From contig OY759353.1 in NCBI GenBank assembly GCA_963662315.1, forward strand, positions 3,552,001 through 3,616,000: a stretch of DNA of 64,000 nucleotides. Direction: 5' to 3'. Positions 19,836 through 28,516 of this stretch are shown piece by piece. The translations under genes and the position numbers were made by a program. Position 1 is the first letter of the stretch, and each line of letters starts with the position of its first letter. This DNA is from Geopsychrobacteraceae bacterium (GTDB taxonomy: Bacteria; Desulfobacterota; Desulfuromonadia; Desulfuromonadales; Geopsychrobacteraceae). The notes below the pieces were generated by a model that was not told the DNA's origin, did no database searches, and saw nothing but the letters and a program-made list of their open reading frames with translations.

Positions 19836-20084
19836 TTTCCTTCAGAGTGTTATTGAGGCGTAGGAGTCATTGCTTTTGCTGCTCTGGGTTGGTTGTGGGC
19901 GGTATGTTTTACTGGCGGTGGAGCGATCGGCGATTTTCAACACCGGATATGAATCATCTGACACTGGAGCCCCCTCCGTCGATGGTTTAATGAGAACTTG
20001 AAGTTGCTATACTAAAGACTCCCATGAAAAAATCAAGAGATAGAAATTCCTTTCCGGTGACCATTCCTCTATAATCGCCCCCCT

Positions 20085-22613
20085 ATGCTTGAATTATTTT
20101 CTTCCGACTGTATCGACCAGATCCGCTATGCTATTAAACAGGCTGACGGTAATGAGGTCTTTGTGCTTGGCCAGACCGATGCTAACCGCCGTATTGTCCA
20201 GGTGGAGATCCTGGCCCGGGGGAGCGAGAATGCCGTTCCTGCCATCCTGCAGACCTGTGGATATGGGGATATCGTTATCCACAACCACCCTTCGGGAGTC
20301 CTGAAACCGTCCTCAGCAGATATCGAAGTTGCTTCACATTTCGGTACTTTAGGTGTTGGCTTCTACATTGTGAACAACTCTGTGGATAAGGTGTACAGGG
20401 TTGTGGAAGCTTTTGCCGAGAAGCTTGCCGAGCACATTGATCCGGAACAGGTTGCTGGCCTTCTTGGACCCCAGGGGCAGATTGCTGACAAATTGCCCGA
20501 CTATGAGGAACGCCCCGAGCAACTGCGTATGGCCTTTGCCGTTGCCAATGCGTTTAACAACAATCAGTTGGCGGTTGTTGAAGCCGGGACCGGTACCGGG
20601 AAGAGTCTGGCCTACCTGGTTCCTGCCCTGCTGTGGGCCAAGGCCAACCAGGAACGGGTGGTGGTGTCGACCCGCACCATCAATCTGCAGGAACAATTGA
20701 TCCGTAAAGATCTGCCCTTTCTGGAGCGTGCCACCAACCTTGAATTTTATGCCGTATTGGTTAAAGGGCGCAGCAATTACTATTGCCTGCGGCGAGGTGA
20801 AACCGCCGGCCGTGAGCTGGGTCTGTTCGATCAGGATCTGGTTGCCGAGTTGCAGCAGATTATTGCCTGGGCCGAAACGACTGCGGATGGCTCACGTGAA
20901 GATCTGTCCTTTATTCCCAATTATCAGGTCTGGGAAGAGGTCTGTTGTGAGGCCGATCAGTGTGCCCGGGTGCGTTGCCCCCATTACAGCAAGTGCTTTT
21001 TCCACAAGGCAAGGCGCCAGGCGGCTCGAGCTGATATTCTGGTGGTCAATCACGCGCTGTTACTGTCCGATTTATCGCTGCGGCAGCAAACCGACAATTA
21101 TTCAGCGACCGCTGTTTTACCACCCTTTGAACGGATTATCCTGGACGAGGCCCACCATCTGGAAGATGTGGCAACCAGCTACTTTTCTTCACAAATAACG
21201 CGCTTCACTTTTGCGCGTATGCTGCATCGTTTGCGTCATCCGCGTAAGCCGAACCAGGGTTTGCTGCCCCGTTTCCTGGACCAGTTGTCGCGCGAATTGC
21301 CGCAGACCGAAGATGAACTGTATCGTGCTATTCATGGCGATATCGAAAGTTTGCTGGTTAAGCGTCAACAACTGCTGGAAAGTGCCCTTGATCAGTTGCA
21401 GTTGATCGCTGAAGAGCTTCCTGCCGCTCTCGGTAAAAAGGTCAGTGAAAAATACGAGCTGAAGCACAGGATTCTGCCAAACTTCCTGGAAACGCCGCTT
21501 TGGCGACAGATCTATGAGCGGGTTGAGACCTTGCGCACGGGTTGCTGTGAGCTGGCTAATGGAGTCAGCGGTATATTACGCCGTTGCGAGGCGTTACCTG
21601 ATCAGGTGGCTGAACGGATGAACGCGGTGATGGTCGATCTGCGCGGCATCGGCACTCGTCTGGATGGATTGGCGGCGGAATTAGGTTCATTTCAGTCCGC
21701 CGCGGAAACCAGTTGCATCTGGATCGAAGTCCGTGAAGGGCGGGTTGGCCGCGCCAAAGGGTTGATTACGTCCTTGTGTCAGGCTCCTCTCGAGGTTGCT
21801 GAAAGCCTCAACAAGGCCCTTTACCAGCGATTCCGAACGCTGGTGATGACCAGTGCAACCCTGACGGTTGCCGGAGCGTTCGGATATTTCCATTCCAGGG
21901 TCGGACTCGACCGGGTTGAGCAGCAGCGTTTGCAGGAACTGGCTCTGGCGTCTCCTTTTGATTATCAGAAACAGGCCCTGGTGGCGATTCCAGCAGATCT
22001 TCCAGAGCCTGGTCGCCCCGGTTTTGCCGAAGCAGTACGCGATGCCGTTGAAAAAGCGGTGCGTTGCAGTCATGGGCGTAGTTTTGTGTTGTTTACCGCT
22101 TACAGCCTGTTACGTCAGGTTCATGATGAACTGGCCCCGGTTCTTGGTGCCCAGGGGATGCGCTGCCTGCGTCAGGGGCAAGAAAACCGTCATCGTTTAC
22201 TGAAGCGTTTTGCCGAAGATGAAGCCAGTATCCTGTTCGGAACCGACTCCTTCTGGGAGGGGGTTGATGTGCCCGGTCGTTCGTTGGAGCAGGTGATTAT
22301 TTCACGGCTGCCGTTTAAAGTGCCGACCGAACCGGTGCTGGAAGCGCGAGCTCAGGCGATTGAGCAGCGTGGCGGCGATCCGTTTATGGAGTATACTGTT
22401 CCGCAGGCGGTGATTCGCTTTAAACAGGGGTTCGGGCGGCTGATACGTCATCGCAATGATCGCGGTGTGGTGCTGATTCTTGATACCCGGGTCATCCGTA
22501 AAGGCTACGGGCGCATGTTCCTGCGCTCATTGCCGGAGGCCGCCATGGTGCAGGGAGACAGCTCCACGGTTTTCAAACAGATTCAGCAGTTTTTTCACCA
22601 GGAGTCATCCTGA
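20085..22613 (+). CDS. DinG/YoaA-family Fe-S DNA helicase with N-terminal JAB/MPN domain
   Basis: N-terminal HNHPSG.L.PS..D; Q motif YEERPEQ; EAGTGTGKS; Cys cluster CEADQCARVRCPHYSKC; DEAH; SATL; FWEGVDVPG; KQGFGRLIR. Confidence 0.92.
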   Translation: MLELFSSDCIDQIRYAIKQADGNEVFVLGQTDANRRIVQVEILARGSENAVPAILQTCGYGDIVIHNHPSGVLKPSSADIEVASHFGTLGVGFYIVNNSVDKVYRVVEAFAEKLAEHIDPEQVAGLLGPQGQIADKLPDYEERPEQLRMAFAVANAFNNNQLAVVEAGTGTGKSLAYLVPALLWAKANQERVVVSTRTINLQEQLIRKDLPFLERATNLEFYAVLVKGRSNYYCLRRGETAGRELGLFDQDLVAELQQIIAWAETTADGSREDLSFIPNYQVWEEVCCEADQCARVRCPHYSKCFFHKARRQAARADILVVNHALLLSDLSLRQQTDNYSATAVLPPFERIILDEAHHLEDVATSYFSSQITRFTFARMLHRLRHPRKPNQGLLPRFLDQLSRELPQTEDELYRAIHGDIESLLVKRQQLLESALDQLQLIAEELPAALGKKVSEKYELKHRILPNFLETPLWRQIYERVETLRTGCCELANGVSGILRRCEALPDQVAERMNAVMVDLRGIGTRLDGLAAELGSFQSAAETSCIWIEVREGRVGRAKGLITSLCQAPLEVAESLNKALYQRFRTLVMTSATLTVAGAFGYFHSRVGLDRVEQQRLQELALASPFDYQKQALVAIPADLPEPGRPGFAEAVRDAVEKAVRCSHGRSFVLFTAYSLLRQVHDELAPVLGAQGMRCLRQGQENRHRLLKRFAEDEASILFGTDSFWEGVDVPGRSLEQVIISRLPFKVPTEPVLEARAQAIEQRGGDPFMEYTVPQAVIRFKQGFGRLIRHRNDRGVVLILDTRVIRKGYGRMFLRSLPEAAMVQGDSSTVFKQIQQFFHQESS

Positions 22614-22627
22614 TCCGGAGGAGTGTC

Positions 22628-23236
22628 ATGGCAACGGTCATACAGTTTATTCTTCTGTTTCTGATTGTGATTCTATCTGGGTGTGAGCAAGGGGAGCAAC
22701 TGACCCCGTTACGTCCTGATGATACGATTCTCGCTTTTGGAGACAGCTTGACCGAAGGTGTCGGGACGCGTCCGGAGTTGAGTTATCCGGCTCAGCTGGC
22801 ACGCCTGATCGGACGCCCGGTGGTCAATGGTGGCAAAGCGGGTGAAGTGAGCGAGGCAGGGGCAAGGCGCCTGCCGGGTCTGCTGGATGAGGTAAAACCA
22901 CAGTTGGTGGTGCTGTGCCATGGTGGCAACGATATCCTGCAAAAACGCAGTCCTGAACAGCTCAAAGATAATTTGCGCCGCATGTATGAAGCGGCCAATC
23001 AGCGTGGTATTCAGGTGGTTATGATTGCCGTTCCGCAGCTGGGTATCCTCGCTCAGGACCTGGAGTTGTACGCTGACCTGGCCGCTGAACTCAAAATTCC
23101 CCTGTTACAGGAAACCCTGGCTGACCTGGTTTTTTCTCGCGACTTTAAAAGTGACATGGTGCACTTGAATGCCCAGGGATATCGTAAGCTGGCCGAAGCT
23201 GTTGCGGATTTACTGCTGCAATATCGAGCTATTTGA
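22628..23236 (+). CDS. SGNH/GDSL arylesterase, lipoprotein
   Basis: Lipobox LSGC, FGDSLT, GGND, DMVHLN. Confidence 0.9.
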   Translation: MATVIQFILLFLIVILSGCEQGEQLTPLRPDDTILAFGDSLTEGVGTRPELSYPAQLARLIGRPVVNGGKAGEVSEAGARRLPGLLDEVKPQLVVLCHGGNDILQKRSPEQLKDNLRRMYEAANQRGIQVVMIAVPQLGILAQDLELYADLAAELKIPLLQETLADLVFSRDFKSDMVHLNAQGYRKLAEAVADLLLQYRAI

Positions 23237-23316
23237 ATGACCTGAAGTTGTAACCCGCTGGTTAGCTCTTGCGTCAGAGAAAAGTCATAAACGTTCTTTA
23301 TACTGATAGATATTTC

Positions 23317-23353
23317 AGCGCTGCAGTAAAGTAATAAGCTGCAGCGCTTTTTT
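23317..23353 (+). terminator. Rho-independent terminator
   Basis: AGCGCTGCAG-N12-CTGCAGCGCT-TTTTT. Confidence 0.65.
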
Positions 23354-23417
23354 GTATTTCGCTGGTTTGATTGGCGAGGGGGACTATTATAAACGATAGT
23401 TTTAAGGGGGGGATGGA

Positions 23418-24101
23418 ATGAGAACGATTAAGGACTGGCCGGCAGAAGAACGGCCGCGCGAGAAGTTACTGCAATTGGGAGCAGACAAGTTGAGCGATGC
23501 GGAACTTCTGGCTCTGATTATTCGTACCGGGGCCGCCGCCGGTAAAGTCAGTGCGCTCGATCTGGCGCGTGCGCTACTGACCCGTTTTGGTTCTTTGCGC
23601 CAGCTGGCCGCAGCAAGTATTGCTGAACTGTGCCAGCAAGCGGGGATCGGGCCGGCGAAAGCTGCGGAAATACAGGCTCTGTTTCAGATTGCCCGGCGTT
23701 TCTCAGATCAGCGCTTGCAGCCGGGCCAACCCTACCGTTCTTCGCAGGATGCCTTCCTCCATTTTCATGAACGTCTGTGTGATTATCGCAAAGAGGTGTT
23801 TATCGCCTTGTTGCTCGATACCAAGAACCGGCTGATCCGCGAGGTGCAGATTTCGGAAGGGAGCTTAACAGCCAGTATCGTTCATCCCCGGGAAGTGTTT
23901 GCGCCGGTGCTCAAAGAGTCCGCTGCTGCAGTGCTATTTGTCCATAACCACCCCTCGGGAGATCCGACCCCAAGCCGTGAAGACATTGACATTACCAGCC
24001 GCTTGAAACAGGTTGGGGACGTTATGGGAATCAAAGTTTTGGACCATGTCATCATTGGCAAAGGGGAGTATGTCAGTCTTGCGGATCGGGGGCTATTGTA
24101 G
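23418..24101 (+). CDS. radC: RadC (UPF0758) JAB-domain protein
   Basis: ERPREKL, LSDAELLA, GIGPAKA, VHPREVF, HNHPSGDPTPSRED, LDHVII. Confidence 0.95.
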   Translation: MRTIKDWPAEERPREKLLQLGADKLSDAELLALIIRTGAAAGKVSALDLARALLTRFGSLRQLAAASIAELCQQAGIGPAKAAEIQALFQIARRFSDQRLQPGQPYRSSQDAFLHFHERLCDYRKEVFIALLLDTKNRLIREVQISEGSLTASIVHPREVFAPVLKESAAAVLFVHNHPSGDPTPSREDIDITSRLKQVGDVMGIKVLDHVIIGKGEYVSLADRGLL

Positions 24102-24278
24102 TTTCTGGTTCGGAAACGGCCCTTTTTCACAATCTCTGCGTCAACCGACTCTTTTATTTGTGCGGCGTAAAGTACTACGCCTCCGCTCAAAAGCTTGGTT
24201 TCCTTGACCTTGTGGAAAATGGCTCGTTTCTAAATCAGAAGCTACTTATGTATGAAATCGCGAAACAGGGTTGAGCGT

Positions 24279-25640
24279 TTACTCAATCCCGTAATCTTTC
24301 AGCTTGTACATCAGGGAGCGCAGGCTGATTTCCAGTAATGCTGCCGCCTGAGTCCGGTTGCCTTCGGTTTTGACCAGGGCCTTGCGGATATAATCCTCTT
24401 CAAGCCGTCGGGATGCGACTTTAAGGGAATAATCATCCGGGTTCATCTGCGTGGGGTTAGTCGCGCGAAGCCTTAATGGTGGGAGCTCCAGGGTCTCACC
24501 ATGACTGAAAATCAGGGCTTTCTCTAAATAGTTTTCCAATTCCCGTACATTGCCGGGCCAGCTGTAACGGGTCAGAGTGTAGCGCGATTCGTCTGTGATG
24601 TGCGGTATGGATCGGTTTTCCCTTTGACAGATTTTCTTCAGAAAGTAATCGGTCAGCAACAGAATATCATCAGGGCGTTCGCGCAGGGGTGGCAGGTTGA
24701 TGTCGACGACGGCTAACCGGTAGTAAAGGTCCTGGCGGAAGGTTTTGTTTTCCACCATCTGCAGCAGATTTGATCCGCAGGCGGCAATAACCCTGGTGTC
24801 GATCTGTTCTGAACGGGTTGCTCCGACTTTGCGGATTTCGCCTTCCTGTAATACACGTAATAGTTTTGGCTGCAGTTCCAGGGGCAGATCGGCGATTTCG
24901 TCAAGAAACAGGGTTCCGCCGTTGGCGATGGAGAACAGCCCCTGCTTGTCGCGGTCAGCTCCGGTGAATGAGCCCTTCACATGCCCAAACAGCTCACTTT
25001 CCAGCAGACCGGCGGTAATGGCACTGCAGTTAATCGCCAGAAATGGTCCGCCGCGACCACTTTCACTGTGCAGGGCTTTGGCAATCAGTTCTTTGCCGGT
25101 CCCCGTCTCGCCATTTATCAGCACTGCTGAATCTGCTTTTGCAGCGGCGTGAACCAGGGCCAGAACCTGCTGCATTGAGCGACTGCTGTGGACGATATCT
25201 TCGATAGAAAAATTCCGGTCCTGTTTTGAAAGAGCCTGCTTTAATTGTTTATTTTCACTTTTTAGCAGCTGGCGTTCTTCTGCTTTTCGCAGTGTCAGTA
25301 CCACTTCATCCGGCTTGAACGGTTTGGAAATATAATCGTAGGCTCCACGTTTGATGCATTCCAGAGCGGTATCAATGCTGCCATAGGCACTCATCATGAT
25401 GATGGTGCAATCGTGCGCCCGTACTTCGGGTTGGTCAAGGAAAGTCAGCCCATCCATATCTGGCATGCGGATGTCGGATAGAATCGCGTCAAATCTTTCT
25501 TTGTAGAGGAGTTGTATCGCTTGCGCGCCATTATTTGCTTCGGTGACTCGAAACTGATGCTGTTCCAGCACCAGACGCAGCATATGGCGCATTGATGCTT
25601 CATCATCGACAACAAGCAGATTACGGAATTGCCCAGACAT
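24279..25640 (-). CDS. Sigma54-dependent response regulator (REC-AAA+-Fis HTH)
   Basis: REC domain (VDDE, DIRMP), GETGTGKE, ESELFGHVKGSFTGA, FLDEI, WPGNVREL, C-terminal HTH. Confidence 0.93.
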   Translation of the reverse strand: MSGQFRNLLVVDDEASMRHMLRLVLEQHQFRVTEANNGAQAIQLLYKERFDAILSDIRMPDMDGLTFLDQPEVRAHDCTIIMMSAYGSIDTALECIKRGAYDYISKPFKPDEVVLTLRKAEERQLLKSENKQLKQALSKQDRNFSIEDIVHSSRSMQQVLALVHAAAKADSAVLINGETGTGKELIAKALHSESGRGGPFLAINCSAITAGLLESELFGHVKGSFTGADRDKQGLFSIANGGTLFLDEIADLPLELQPKLLRVLQEGEIRKVGATRSEQIDTRVIAACGSNLLQMVENKTFRQDLYYRLAVVDINLPPLRERPDDILLLTDYFLKKICQRENRSIPHITDESRYTLTRYSWPGNVRELENYLEKALIFSHGETLELPPLRLRATNPTQMNPDDYSLKVASRRLEEDYIRKALVKTEGNRTQAAALLEISLRSLMYKLKDYGIE

Positions 25641-25894
25641 GTGATCCCCCCGGAACTGTTACTAAAAAAAAGGAACCGATCCTGAATGTGATGATAACCC
25701 ATTATCTCTTTTGAGTCGCGTTATTGTCGTCCTCAAAGATGGTGATTTCAAACAATAGAAAGTTACAGTTGATTTGACAATCATTATTTCTGAGTTATTT
25801 TTAATAACTCAGGGGTGTATTCATCAAGGTGCCATCAGGACGTTGCGTGACAAGGTGCATGTTCTTCGCATGGTCACGGTCACAAGGAGGGGGG

Positions 25895-26992
25895 ATGGTC
25901 GAAGCGTGTTCTGCTATCAATTGCCAGAGTTCCGGGTTGTGTCCAATCGGGAAAAGCGCCTGTCCAGGTGTTTGTATCTATTCGGAAATATTTGATAATA
26001 TTGATTTAGGTATCATCGTCCTAGATCTTATCAATGAACGGGTGATTTTTGCCAATCCCTGTGCCATGGACTTGCTTGAGCTTTCTGAACGTTCCACCGA
26101 CTATGCGTATCTGAAATCCCTGTTGCTGTCGGGCGCGACCATGGGTACCACGCATTGGGCAGGGCGGAATTTTGATCTGCAGCTCGATGATAAATTGCTG
26201 GGTTATTCTATTTACCCCATTCCCGGGGAACGTTTCGTTTGGGCTTTTATTCGAAATATCACTGAGAAGATGAGACTTGAGTCGATCGCTAATGCGGTCA
26301 ATACCATGGATAATCTAGGGTATGTCTTTTCTGGCATTCGTCATGAAATCGGTAATCCAATCAATTCTGCCAAGATGGCTTTAAGCGTATTAAAAGAAAA
26401 TATTTACGATTATTCAACCGAGACGATTCTGGAATTTGTCGAACGTTCCATGGATGAACTCTTACGTGTCGAATTTCTGCTGAAAAGTCTCCGCAATATC
26501 AATATGTATGAAAAGCCGGTTGTGGAAGCGATCAACTTGGGGAAGTTCCTGGACCGTTTTGTCTCATTAATCTGGGAAGACTTTTCCAAAAGTGGCATCC
26601 GCATTAATACCACATTTCACCCCAAGGCACAGTGTGCTCAGGTTGACCCGCGAGCATTGCAGCAGGTGTTGTTGAATATCTTTACCAATGCAGCGGACGC
26701 AATGGCGACGAGCAAGCGGAAAGTAATCGATATCAGCACCCATAGCCAGCATGGTTTTTTGTGGTTGCGGATCCGTGATAGCGGCTGTGGTATCCCCGCA
26801 GATAAGCTGGAAGATATTTTTAAGCCGTTTTACACGACCAAAACGCAAGGAACCGGTCTCGGGTTGGTGATCAGCCGCAAGATGCTGGCCCAGATGAATT
26901 GTACGATTGATATCAGTAGCAGTGGGGATGGTGGTACGACTGTGGCGATATCGATCCCTGAAGGGGGCAGGTGTGATCAGGAAGAAGCTTAG
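25895..26992 (+). CDS. Cytoplasmic PAS sensor histidine kinase with Cys-rich N-terminus
   Basis: SD AGGAGG before ATG 25895; H-box GIRHEIGNPIN; N-box NIFTNAADA; DSGCGI, FKPFYTTK, GTGLGL; no TM helix. Confidence 0.9.
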   Translation: MVEACSAINCQSSGLCPIGKSACPGVCIYSEIFDNIDLGIIVLDLINERVIFANPCAMDLLELSERSTDYAYLKSLLLSGATMGTTHWAGRNFDLQLDDKLLGYSIYPIPGERFVWAFIRNITEKMRLESIANAVNTMDNLGYVFSGIRHEIGNPINSAKMALSVLKENIYDYSTETILEFVERSMDELLRVEFLLKSLRNINMYEKPVVEAINLGKFLDRFVSLIWEDFSKSGIRINTTFHPKAQCAQVDPRALQQVLLNIFTNAADAMATSKRKVIDISTHSQHGFLWLRIRDSGCGIPADKLEDIFKPFYTTKTQGTGLGLVISRKMLAQMNCTIDISSSGDGGTTVAISIPEGGRCDQEEA

Positions 26993-28340
26993 AAAACTGT
27001 TGATTATTGATGATGACCGGTTGCTGTGCGATACGGTTCAGCGTGCCTTGCAAACGGATCAGCTGCAGGTCAGGGTGGCCCATAACGGTGCTGACGGTTT
27101 GGCGTGCTGTCAGGCGGAACCGCTGGATATTGTGTTGCTGGATCAGAAATTGCCAGATGGCGAAGGGCGCGATTTTTGTGCTGCTATTATGGAAACTAAT
27201 GAGCAGTGCAAGGTGATTTTTATTACTGCATTTCCCAGTTTTGAAAACGCTGTGCGCGGAATCAAAGTCGGAGCTCATGATTACCTGTCCAAGCCGTTCG
27301 CGTTGGAAGAATTGCGCCTGGCAATCGCGCGTGTTTTACGGACCCTTGCTCTTGAGGAAGTGGCGCAATTACAGCACTATGAACGGCACCGGGACCAGGG
27401 AGGTACGGTATTGGTCAACGCCGGTGGTCTGGCTGAGTCGGAAGATATCGCATTACGGGCAGCCCCTTCAGCGGCGCCGATGATTATTACCGGCGAAACA
27501 GGGACCGGCAAAAATGTCATGGCGAAATTTGTTCACTATAAAAGCCCGTACCGGAACGGTGCTTTTCTCAGCATCAATTGTGCGGCACTGCCTGAAAACC
27601 TGATTGAAGCAGAATTGTTTGGTGTTGAGAAAGGAGCTTTTACCGGTGCAGAAGTGACCCGCAAGGGAATTTTTGAGATGGCCGAAGGTGGGAGCCTGTT
27701 TCTTGATGAGATTGGAGAGATGCCTCTTCATCTACAGGCAAAGCTGCTCAGTGTTCTGGAAGAAGGCTGTTTGCGACGGGTTGGGGGGAATCGCATGATT
27801 CCCGTTAATGTACGTATCATCGCGGCGACTAATGTGAACCTTGAGCTTGCTGTACGGCAGCGCAAGATTCGTGAGGATCTGTATTTTCGCCTTAATGTAT
27901 TGCGTCTGCACCTACCTGCGCTGCGCCAGAGAACCCAGGATATCCCGGAATTATGCCGCTACTTTTTAGCATCAATCCCTAATGGCAAAGGTTACCTCCT
28001 GCCTGATGCTGAACTGGACATGCTGACGCGTTACAACTGGCCGGGTAATGTCCGGGAGCTTAAGAACGTCATCGAGAGAGCTGTCATTTTTCATCAGGAT
28101 GGGATGATATTCCCATCCAGGCTGCTTAGTGGCATGGAGGGTCGGCCTGCGCAGGGCTGTGTTCCGGCCAGCGATGACGTCATTCCCCTTGTTGACCTGA
28201 TCAAAAACCATACTCTGAGCACTCTGGACAAAATGTCCGGTAATGTGACGCAAACAGCAAATGCCCTGGGCCTTTCTCTGTCGACCTTGAAGCGAAAACT
28301 CAAAAGTTATCGCCATGAGCAAAGCTCTTCCGGTCGTTGA
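26973..28340 (+). CDS. Sigma54-dependent response regulator (REC-AAA+-HTH)
   Basis: IIDDD, DQKLPD, GETGTGK, ELFGVEKGAFTGA, WPGNVRELKN, HTH. The GTG start overlaps the kinase end. Confidence 0.93.
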   Translation: MIRKKLRKLLIIDDDRLLCDTVQRALQTDQLQVRVAHNGADGLACCQAEPLDIVLLDQKLPDGEGRDFCAAIMETNEQCKVIFITAFPSFENAVRGIKVGAHDYLSKPFALEELRLAIARVLRTLALEEVAQLQHYERHRDQGGTVLVNAGGLAESEDIALRAAPSAAPMIITGETGTGKNVMAKFVHYKSPYRNGAFLSINCAALPENLIEAELFGVEKGAFTGAEVTRKGIFEMAEGGSLFLDEIGEMPLHLQAKLLSVLEEGCLRRVGGNRMIPVNVRIIAATNVNLELAVRQRKIREDLYFRLNVLRLHLPALRQRTQDIPELCRYFLASIPNGKGYLLPDAELDMLTRYNWPGNVRELKNVIERAVIFHQDGMIFPSRLLSGMEGRPAQGCVPASDDVIPLVDLIKNHTLSTLDKMSGNVTQTANALGLSLSTLKRKLKSYRHEQSSSGR

Positions 28341-28347
28341 TTTTGAC

Positions 28348-28382
28348 CGGGTCAATCTGACCTACCAGATCAGATTGACCCG
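28348..28382. promoter_or_regulatory. Inverted repeat; candidate enhancer (UAS) for a sigma54 activator and/or terminator
   Basis: CGGGTCAATCTGA-N9-TCAGATTGACCCG, about 90-120 bp upstream of a -24/-12 site. Confidence 0.55.
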
Positions 28383-28467
28383 CTTTTGTCCTTTTGAAAT
28401 TTCTTGCCTGATTTTTTCCATTCATTATCTCGGTATGTTATGGAAAAAACGTTAAGAACATGGCTCA

Positions 28468-28483
28468 TGGTACATGAGTTGCT
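28468..28483 (+). promoter_or_regulatory. Sigma54 (-24/-12) promoter
   Basis: TGGTACATGAGTTGCT matches TGGCAC-N5-TTGCW, with GG-N10-GC spacing. Confidence 0.7.
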
Positions 28484-28516
28484 CTATTTGGCAGGCGTGG
28501 TGACAAGGAGGGGATA

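Noticed and set aside
19859..19935. Possible fluoride riboswitch (minus strand ...GCAATGACTCCTAC)
   Set aside because: Only the 3' motif matches. The required 5' GGNGATGGAGTTCNCC stem/pseudoknot partner is absent.
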